Of a DNA stretch of 64,000 nucleotides, positions 57,495 through 64,000 are shown piece by piece; within the stretch, counting starts at the first letter, position 1; every line of letters begins with the position of its first letter. The notes under the pieces were generated by a model that saw nothing but the letters and a program-made list of their open reading frames with translations, made no database searches and was not told the origin of the DNA. The position numbers and the translations under genes are program-made. The DNA comes from an uncultured Collinsella sp. GTDB lineage: Bacteria > Actinomycetota > Coriobacteriia > Coriobacteriales > Coriobacteriaceae. Where the stretch lies: contig UQQL01000001.1 in NCBI GenBank assembly GCA_900543275.1, forward strand, positions 39,674 to 103,673. The letters run 5' to 3'.

Positions 57495-58277
57495 CTAGAA
57501 GTCCAACCTGACAGGGATGCCCTGCGAGGCCATGTACTCCTTCACCTGGCGAATGCTGAAGGTTCCAAAGTGAAAGACGCTGGCCGCCAGTACGGCGTCG
57601 GCTTCGCCCTCGATCACGCCCTCGGCAAAATGCTCGAGCGTGCCCACGCCGCCGCTCGCGATGACGGGGATTGGCACCGCGCGCGCCACGGCGCGGGTGA
57701 GCGCCAGGTCAAAGCCAGCCTTGGTGCCGTCGCGATCCATACTGGTCAGCAGAATCTCGCCGGCGCCGCGACGAGCCGCCTCCTCGGCCCATGCCACTGC
57801 ATCGATACCCGTGGCGTTGCGGCCTCCTGCGGTAAAAACCTCCCACTTGTCGGCATCCGGCTGCCCAGGCAGGCCGACGCGCTTGGCATCGATCGCCACG
57901 ACCACGGCCTGGCTGCCAAACGCCGCGGCAGCTTGGCTGATCAGCGACGGGTCACGCACGGCGGCAGAGTTGAGCGATACCTTGTCGGCACCGGCCGCCA
58001 CCATGGTTCGCATGCCCGCCAGGTCGCGGAAACCGCCGCCCACGGTATAGGGAATAGCGAGCTCCTCGGCCGCGTGCGCCGCCATCTCGATGGTCGTCGC
58101 GCGGTTGTCGCTCGTAGCGGTAATGTCCAGGAAGACGACCTCGTCTGCACCCTCGCGGTCGTAGGCACGGGCAAGCTCCACCGGATCGCCCGCATCGCGC
58201 AGGCTCACAAAGTTGACGCCCTTGACCACACGGCCGTCCTTGACGTCTAGACAGGGAATCACGCGCTTGGTAAGCAT
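57495..58277 (-). CDS. hisF: imidazole glycerol phosphate synthase cyclase subunit
   Basis: Canonical HisF TIM barrel ([16 protein letters not shown]). Confidence 0.95.
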   Translation of the reverse strand: MLTKRVIPCLDVKDGRVVKGVNFVSLRDAGDPVELARAYDREGADEVVFLDITATSDNRATTIEMAAHAAEELAIPYTVGGGFRDLAGMRTMVAAGADKVSLNSAAVRDPSLISQAAAAFGSQAVVVAIDAKRVGLPGQPDADKWEVFTAGGRNATGIDAVAWAEEAARRGAGEILLTSMDRDGTKAGFDLALTRAVARAVPIPVIASGGVGTLEHFAEGVIEGEADAVLAASVFHFGTFSIRQVKEYMASQGIPVRLDF

Positions 58278-58280
58278 GGG

Positions 58281-59024
58281 CTACTCCTCCCCTCGGGCGG
58301 CGGCCAACGCCTGTACCAGCGTAAAGTTGCCCTCGTAGAGCGCACGGCCGGTGATGGCACCTTCAATCGCGCCCTCGCCCACCGCGGCGAGCGCGCGGAT
58401 GTCGTCGAGCGTCGAGATGCCGCCCGAAGCCACGACAGGAAATCCCGCGACCTCGGCCACATGGCGATACGCCGCCACATCGATGCCCGTCTGCATGCCA
58501 TCGCGCGCGATGTCGGTATACACCAGATGCTTAAAGCCCAGCTCGGAAAGCTGCGCCACGGCATCGTCGAGCGCCACGCCCGCGCCGTCGCGCCAGCCAT
58601 TCACCTTGACCTGACCGTCGCGCGCGGCAATATCTGCCACCAACAGCTCGCCAAAGCCTTGGGCTGCCACCTCGGCAAAACCCGGCTCAGTCACCAGCAC
58701 GGTGCCCAGTGCGATGCGGCGTGCACCGTAGCCGGCCAGCTCGTCGATGCGCGCGAGCGAGCGGACACCGCCGCCCACGTCCACGGACAGGCCGTCGACG
58801 CCGCAGATAGCCTTAATCGCCGCCGAGTTGGCAGCGCACGCGTCCTCGTCCTCGCCAAAGGCAGCGGACAGGTCGACGACATGCACCCAGTTCGCGCCCT
58901 GCTCGGCAAACGAGCGGGCGACGGCGACGGGGTCGTCGGAATATACCTTGCAGCGGCTGCGGTCGCCGCGCTCCAGGCGCACGACCTTGCCACCGATCAG
59001 ATCGATTGCGGGAAACAGGATCAT
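58281..59024 (-). CDS. hisA: ProFAR isomerase
   Basis: MILFPAIDLIGGKVVRL. Confidence 0.95.
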   Translation of the reverse strand: MILFPAIDLIGGKVVRLERGDRSRCKVYSDDPVAVARSFAEQGANWVHVVDLSAAFGEDEDACAANSAAIKAICGVDGLSVDVGGGVRSLARIDELAGYGARRIALGTVLVTEPGFAEVAAQGFGELLVADIAARDGQVKVNGWRDGAGVALDDAVAQLSELGFKHLVYTDIARDGMQTGIDVAAYRHVAEVAGFPVVASGGISTLDDIRALAAVGEGAIEGAITGRALYEGNFTLVQALAAARGEE

Positions 59025-59722
59025 CGGCCGGCCTCCTCGACGATGTTGACAAAGTTCTTAAGGATGCGCTGTCCCAGCGCCGAGGATTTCTCGGGATGGA
59101 ACTGGCAGCCCCACACGTTGCCGTGGCGCACGATGCACGGAAAGCTCCGCGTATAGTGCGTGCGCGCCAGCACATCGGCGGCATCGGCATCGCCTGCCAC
59201 CGCGTAGCTGTGGGTAAAGTACATGTTGGTGCCCTCGGCAAAACCGGCGAGCAGCGGATCGGCCGCACCGGCGGGCGTCATATGCACCTGGTCCCAGCCC
59301 ACGTGCGGCACCTTCAGGCGACTCGACTCCAAGCGCGTGCACGAGCCGCGCATAATGCCCAGGCCATCGACCCAGGGGCCGCCAGCCTGCTCGGGGGTGC
59401 CGCCATCCGCGACCACGCCCTCGTCCGCAGGCACGCCCTCGTTGCCGCGCTCAAAAAAGAGCTGAAGACCCAGGCAGATGCCGAGCAGCGGAGTTCCGGC
59501 GGCAACGGCATCGAGCACGGCGGCCTCCTCGCCGCTCTGGCGCATAAAGGCGATCGCGTCGTAGAACGCGCCCACGCCCGGGATAACCAGGCCGTCGGCG
59601 TTGCGGATCTGTTCCGGATCGTCCGACGTGCAAGCGGCGGCACCGGCGCGCGCAAGCCCGCGCACGACGCTCGACAAGTTGCCCTTGCGGTAGTCGACCA
59701 CCACGATCTTCGGTTCGCCCAC
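59021..59722 (-). CDS. hisH: imidazole glycerol phosphate synthase glutamine amidotransferase subunit
   Basis: Class I GATase (GICLGLQL Cys, HPEKS His). GTG start chosen after GGAGGAGGGG. The ATG at 59740 is an alternative. Confidence 0.85.
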   Translation of the reverse strand: MGEPKIVVVDYRKGNLSSVVRGLARAGAAACTSDDPEQIRNADGLVIPGVGAFYDAIAFMRQSGEEAAVLDAVAAGTPLLGICLGLQLFFERGNEGVPADEGVVADGGTPEQAGGPWVDGLGIMRGSCTRLESSRLKVPHVGWDQVHMTPAGAADPLLAGFAEGTNMYFTHSYAVAGDADAADVLARTHYTRSFPCIVRHGNVWGCQFHPEKSSALGQRILKNFVNIVEEAGR

Positions 59723-59746
59723 GCGACCCCTCCTCCTCATCTTGTC

Positions 59747-59788
59747 AAAAACCACCACAAAGGGGACAGGCGCCTTCGTGGTGGTTTT
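59747..59788 (-). terminator. intrinsic-terminator-like hairpin between hisB and hisH
   Basis: On the minus strand: aaaaccaccac-gaaggcgcctgtcccctt-tgtggtggttttt. An 11-bp stem followed by a U-run. Confidence 0.45.
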
Positions 59789-59801
59789 ACCCTTGCGGCG
59801 G

Positions 59802-60389
59802 TTACAGTGAGCCCTTGGTGCTGGGGATGCCCTGCACGCGGGGATCGAGCTCGCAGGCGCGGCGCATCGTGCGACCAACGGCCTTAAAGGCGGCTTCGAT
59901 AATGTGGTGCGAGTTGCCGCCCGCCAGCTCGCGCACGTGCAGCGTGAGCTTGGCGTCACGCGCGAAGGCATAGAAGAACTCGACGGCTAGCTCAGTATCG
60001 AAGCTGCCCACGCGCTCGGTCGGCACGGGCAGCTCGCAGTAGGCCTGCCCGCGGCCCGAAATATCAACAGCAGCCATCACGAGCGTCTCGTCCATGGCGA
60101 TCGCCGCGTCGGCAAAGCGCGTAATGCCCACCTTGTCGCCCAGCGCCTGGCAAAACGCCTCGCCCAGCACAATGCCCGTGTCCTCGACGGTATGGTGCGC
60201 ATCGACCTCGACGTCGCCCACCGCGTGCACCGTCAGATCGAACAGACCATGGCGGCCAAAAGCGTTGAGCATGTGGTCGAAAAACAGCACGCCGGTCGAG
60301 ATATCGCACACGCCGCTTCCGTCCAAGTCGAGCTTTACGACAATGTCGGTCTCGCCCGTCTTGCGGGTTACCTCGGCATAGCGGTCCAT
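59802..60389 (-). CDS. hisB: imidazoleglycerol-phosphate dehydratase
   Basis: IGPD motifs (DLTVHAVGDVEVDAHHTVED). Confidence 0.95.
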   Translation of the reverse strand: MDRYAEVTRKTGETDIVVKLDLDGSGVCDISTGVLFFDHMLNAFGRHGLFDLTVHAVGDVEVDAHHTVEDTGIVLGEAFCQALGDKVGITRFADAAIAMDETLVMAAVDISGRGQAYCELPVPTERVGSFDTELAVEFFYAFARDAKLTLHVRELAGGNSHHIIEAAFKAVGRTMRRACELDPRVQGIPSTKGSL

Positions 60390-61505
60390 CTACATCTCCT
60401 CCTTCACCAGCGCGGCAAACGCGGCCAGCACCTCATCGTTTTCCTGCGGGGTGCCCACGGTAATGCGCAGACAATCCGCGAGCCCCGGCGCGTAGCTAAA
60501 GTCGCGCACCAGAATCGAATACTCGTCGCGCAGACGCTCGCGCACGCGCGTGGCATGCGGCGTGCGCGCGAGCACAAAATTCGCCGCGCTCGGCCATACC
60601 TCCACGGGCAGACCCTCGGCAGCCATTGCGTGCAGGGCACACAGTTCGCGCTTGCGCTCGGATGCGACCTGCGCCACCACGGGCGCGTACGCATCGCGGG
60701 CACGCACGCAGGCAAGCGCGGCGGCCTGGCTCAGCACATTGACCGAATAGATCTGGCGAATCGCCGCGAACACATCGATGACCTCGGGCGCCGCGATCAC
60801 ATAGCCCAGACGCGTGCCGGCGGCGCCAAACGCCTTGGACAGCGTATGCAAAATCACCAGGTTGGGATGCTCGGCGATAAGGCCTTGCGCCGTGGTTGCC
60901 GTGCCAAACGAATCGTCGGCAAACTCAACGTAAGCCTCGTCGACCATCACCATGCCGGGACACGCATCGCACAGGGCCGCGACAAAGTCGAGCGGCGCCA
61001 CATCGCCCGTGGGATTGTTGGGCGAGGTCACGATGGCGAGATCGCACTCGGGAGCCGCCGCAAGCACCGCCGCATGGTCGAGCTCAAAGGTCACCGGGTC
61101 GCGCCACACGTCGCGCACCTCGGTCTGGCACAGCGACGCAAAGAACGCGTACTCGCTAAAGCACGGCGGGCAGTTGAGCAGGGTCCGCCCCGCGCCGCCA
61201 AACGCCAGCAGGTAGTTATAGAGCAGCTCATCGCCGCCGTTTCCCGCGCAAATATTCTCACGCGCCACGCCATGCCAGGCAGCGAGCTCATCGCGCAGGT
61301 CGTTGGACATGGGATCGGGATAACGGTTGAGCGGCGTGGCAGCCAAGGCCGCATCAACCGCCTCGCGCACGCCAGCAGGTACGGGATAGGTGTTCTCGTT
61401 GGCCGAAAGATTGATGCGCGTGGGCGTAAAGTTGGGATCGTAGGGCTCGATACCGGCCAAGTAGGGCTGGACGAGCTCCTTCATGCGCGGCGTGAGTTCG
61501 GCCAT
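60390..61505 (-). CDS. hisC: histidinol-phosphate aminotransferase
   Basis: Class II aminotransferase with LSKAFGAAGTRLGY lysine region. GGGGAGG RBS before MAELTPRMKE. Confidence 0.9.
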   Translation of the reverse strand: MAELTPRMKELVQPYLAGIEPYDPNFTPTRINLSANENTYPVPAGVREAVDAALAATPLNRYPDPMSNDLRDELAAWHGVARENICAGNGGDELLYNYLLAFGGAGRTLLNCPPCFSEYAFFASLCQTEVRDVWRDPVTFELDHAAVLAAAPECDLAIVTSPNNPTGDVAPLDFVAALCDACPGMVMVDEAYVEFADDSFGTATTAQGLIAEHPNLVILHTLSKAFGAAGTRLGYVIAAPEVIDVFAAIRQIYSVNVLSQAAALACVRARDAYAPVVAQVASERKRELCALHAMAAEGLPVEVWPSAANFVLARTPHATRVRERLRDEYSILVRDFSYAPGLADCLRITVGTPQENDEVLAAFAALVKEEM

Positions 61506-61506
61506 G

Positions 61507-62943
61507 TTAGGCCTCCCCGCCGGTCGCGCCAGCGGCACCGCCCGCAGCCGCCGCCAGGTCCACGCCCTCGGAGACCGTCGCGGTCGCATCGCCCGGCCAG
61601 GCAACCTTGGTCAGGTCGGCCGCGGCCAGCGACGCGGCACTTACGGCATCCTCGCCCTGCTCCAGCACGCGGCGGCGCAGTGCGGCCGAAAGTGCGTGCG
61701 CCCATAGACCCTCGGCCTCGGCCAGACGCTGCGTAGCAGGAGCGTCGGAGAGCAGACCTTCGGGCGTATAGCAAATGACGCTCGAGCGCTTAACGAACTC
61801 TTCGACCGAAAGCGGGTTGGAGAACATGGCCGTGCCGCCGGTCGGCAGCGTGTGGTTGGGACCGGCGACGTAATCGCCGAGTGGCTCGGAGCTCCAGGCA
61901 CCCACAAAGATGGCACCGGCGTTGCGAATGCCGCCGAGCAGGCCCATCGCGTCCTTGCAGTGCAGCTCAAGGTGCTCAGGCGCCACGGTGTTCACGGCCT
62001 CGACGGCGGCAGCCATATCGGCGGCGACCACGATGGTGCCCTCGTTATCGAGCGAGGCGCGCGTGATCTCGGCGCGCGGGGACTGCGCCACCAGAATGTC
62101 GATACCCGCCTCGACCTCGCGCGCAAACTGCTCGTCGCAGGTCACCAGATAGCAGGCAGCCAGCGGATCGTGCTCGGCCTGCGCCATCAAGTCGGCCGCG
62201 ACCACCATGGGCTTGGCCGTGGCATCGGCCAACACGCAGACCTCGGAGGGGCCAGCGACCATGTCGATGCCCACGTCGCCCGAGACAATCTGCTTGGCAG
62301 CGGCAACAAAAGCGTTGCCCGGACCGGTGATTTTATCGACGCGCGGAATGGTCTCGGTACCGTACGCCAGCGCGGCCACGGCCTGAGCGCCGCCCACCAT
62401 ATAGATCTCATCCACGCCGCCGAGCTTGGCTGCCGCGAGCGTGTAGGGGCTGATCAGGCCGTCCTTTTGCGGCGGGGTCACCATGACCACGCGCTCAACG
62501 CCGGCGACCTTGGCGGGAATGGCGTTCATAAGCACGGTGGAAGGGTACTGTGCACGACCGCCCGGCACATAGATGCCGGCCGCAGCAAGCGGGGTCACCT
62601 TAACGCCGAGCATCGTGCCGTCCGGGCGCGTGGTAAACCAGCTCTGCTCGACCTCGCGCTGGTGGAACTCGCGAATCTGGCGTGCAGCCTTTTCGAGCGC
62701 CGCGACAAAAGCGGGATCGAGGCCTTCGAGCGCGGCATCGATCTGCTCTTGCGGCAGACGGAAGCTCTGCAGTTCAACGCCGTCAAAACGCTGACAGTAA
62801 TCGCGCACCGCGGCATCGCCGTTGGCACGCACGTTGGCCACGATATCGCGGGCGGCGTCAACAATTTTTTGCGGTAGCACGCCCTTGCGGTTGAGCTGAT
62901 TGGTAACGAGACGCTCGCCGGGAGCAAGTTTGATGGTCTTCAT
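61507..62943 (-). CDS. hisD: histidinol dehydrogenase
   Basis: HisD signatures, 478 aa. Confidence 0.95.
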   Translation of the reverse strand: MKTIKLAPGERLVTNQLNRKGVLPQKIVDAARDIVANVRANGDAAVRDYCQRFDGVELQSFRLPQEQIDAALEGLDPAFVAALEKAARQIREFHQREVEQSWFTTRPDGTMLGVKVTPLAAAGIYVPGGRAQYPSTVLMNAIPAKVAGVERVVMVTPPQKDGLISPYTLAAAKLGGVDEIYMVGGAQAVAALAYGTETIPRVDKITGPGNAFVAAAKQIVSGDVGIDMVAGPSEVCVLADATAKPMVVAADLMAQAEHDPLAACYLVTCDEQFAREVEAGIDILVAQSPRAEITRASLDNEGTIVVAADMAAAVEAVNTVAPEHLELHCKDAMGLLGGIRNAGAIFVGAWSSEPLGDYVAGPNHTLPTGGTAMFSNPLSVEEFVKRSSVICYTPEGLLSDAPATQRLAEAEGLWAHALSAALRRRVLEQGEDAVSAASLAAADLTKVAWPGDATATVSEGVDLAAAAGGAAGATGGEA

Positions 62944-63048
62944 ATCGGTATCCCCTATCGGTCGAGATTGTGTTCGAAAAACGAGAGGCCGGGCGGCGGC
63001 GCCAATTGGCCCGCAGCCCGTACGTTGGGGCGCCCGTGCGCGCTCGCG

Positions 63049-64000
63049 CTATTGTGCCGAGCCCGCGACGGGCTCAAAATGCTTGTCCTTCACGGCCGCC
63101 ACCAAGCGATCTGCCAGATTGCGCACGCGCGGATCCAAGCGAGCGGCACCCGGGTTGACAAAGAAGCGGGCCGTGCAGTCCATAATGCGGCCGGTGATGA
63201 CCAGGTCGTTGTCGCGCAGGGTGGCACCCGTGGCGGTAATGTCCACGATGCGATCGGTCATGCCGACAATGGGGCCCAGCTCGATGTTGCCGTGCAGCGA
63301 GACGATATCGGCGTTCACGCCGCGCTCGGCATACCAGGCACTCGCGATGCGCGGGTACTTGGTTGCCACGCGAAGCGAACCGCGGCGGGCATAGTTTCGC
63401 TCGGCCTGCCCGGCGCGCCATGCGGGCTCCGCCTCGATAAAGGTGCACAGGCCATAGCCCAGGTCGACCAGCTGCAGCAAGTTGAGGTCGGCCTCGATGA
63501 GCGAGTCCCAGCCGCAGATGCCACAGTCGGCACCGCCGCAGCCCACAAAGGCAGGCGCATCGCTGGGGCGCACGATGACAAACTCGATATCGCCGACCGT
63601 GCCCTCGCCAGCACGCGTGTCGCGACCGCGCACAATCAGGTGACGGCCGGGATCACGCAGCTCAGAGACGTCCAGGCCCGCGGCCTCGAGCACGTCGAGC
63701 GTATCGGCCTTAAGCGAGCCCTTGGGCACGGCGATGCGCAGCGGACCCTCGGCACCACGGCCCGCGGCGTGATCGCCATCGGAAGCGGCGTCCTCGGCCG
63801 AGGTACGCGCGGCCTCCAGGCGCTCGAGCGAAAAGGCAAAGCCCGCCGCCGGCACCTCGATGCCATCGCCGAACGCGCCGGTAAAGATGGAGTCATAGCG
63901 ACCGCCCGAGCCCACCGGATCGGGCAAGCCGCCGGCATAGGCCTTAAAGACCAAGCCCGTGTAGTAATCAAAAGAGTTCATGATAGAAAAGTCGAACGAC
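63049..64000 (-). CDS. hisG: HisZ (C-terminal part, gene continues beyond the window) fused in-frame to short-form ATP phosphoribosyltransferase HisG
   Basis: Reading into the window, the frame gives a HisZ class-II-like motif (SFDYYTGLVFKAY...GGRYDSIF...GFAFSLERL). An Ala/Asp/Gly linker follows, then full short-form HisG (LRIAVPKGSL...). There is no stop codon between them, and the frame stays open to the window edge. Confidence 0.7.
   Translation of the reverse strand, partial: SFDFSIMNSFDYYTGLVFKAYAGGLPDPVGSGGRYDSIFTGAFGDGIEVPAAGFAFSLERLEAARTSAEDAASDGDHAAGRGAEGPLRIAVPKGSLKADTLDVLEAAGLDVSELRDPGRHLIVRGRDTRAGEGTVGDIEFVIVRPSDAPAFVGCGGADCGICGWDSLIEADLNLLQLVDLGYGLCTFIEAEPAWRAGQAERNYARRGSLRVATKYPRIASAWYAERGVNADIVSLHGNIELGPIVGMTDRIVDITATGATLRDNDLVITGRIMDCTARFFVNPGAARLDPRVRNLADRLVAAVKDKHFEPVAGSAQ

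Overview
High-GC (about 65%) actinobacterial chromosome segment. Gene content suggests an anaerobic Coriobacteriia-like organism: hypA/hypB hydrogenase maturation, PTS, pyrophosphatase family II. Coding density is high and mostly housekeeping. On the minus strand: topA, hypB-hypA, tatC-tatA, a STAS protein and an aminotransferase, then nhaA, ppaC and a ROK glucokinase. Next comes a GntR-controlled cellobiose/beta-glucoside PTS operon (IIA, IIB, IIC plus a GH1 6-phospho-beta-glucosidase) and manA. The middle of the window holds a PcrA/UvrD helicase, uppP, a Usp protein, and two two-component systems, one of them an intramembrane-sensing BceS-like kinase with an OmpR regulator. A PucR-regulated pair follows: an ornithine-cyclodeaminase/mu-crystallin gene next to a frameshifted class I/II aminotransferase. 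After that come purH, a GNAT, a DUF2207 membrane protein, gluQ, tRNA-Leu(UAA), ppx, an FtsB-like gene, eno, mazG, a fused CydDC-like ABC exporter with a translationally coupled YgbA-like protein, and a PHP histidinol-phosphatase. The window ends with a complete histidine operon on the minus strand, read from the right-hand edge inward: hisZ fused in-frame to hisG, then hisD, hisC, hisB, hisH, hisA, hisF, hisI, a small coupled ORF and hisE.

Three things stand out. (1) A roughly 3.4 kb lower-GC patch at 37.1-40.7 kb carries a single 958-aa polypeptide with an N-terminal PLD/HKD nuclease domain, an SF2 ResIII/DEAH helicase and a C-terminal DUF3427-like region, convergent with a NUDIX hydrolase. 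It looks like a horizontally acquired one-gene defence or restriction-like module. (2) A structured RNA of about 95 nt occurs twice, 3' of purH and 3' of hisF, with three helices supported by compensatory changes between the copies. (3) A short hairpin with a conserved loop GGGGACGTTCTTAA occurs five times, placed after stop codons.

Other notable items: a tRNA-Leu 3'-end duplication that looks like an att remnant, an AT-rich MITE-like insert with 17-bp terminal inverted repeats, and several large perfect inverted-repeat elements around pcrA, uppP and usp. No CRISPR array and no rRNA genes are present. The many long plus-strand ORFs in the provided track that run antisense to real genes are high-GC artefacts.
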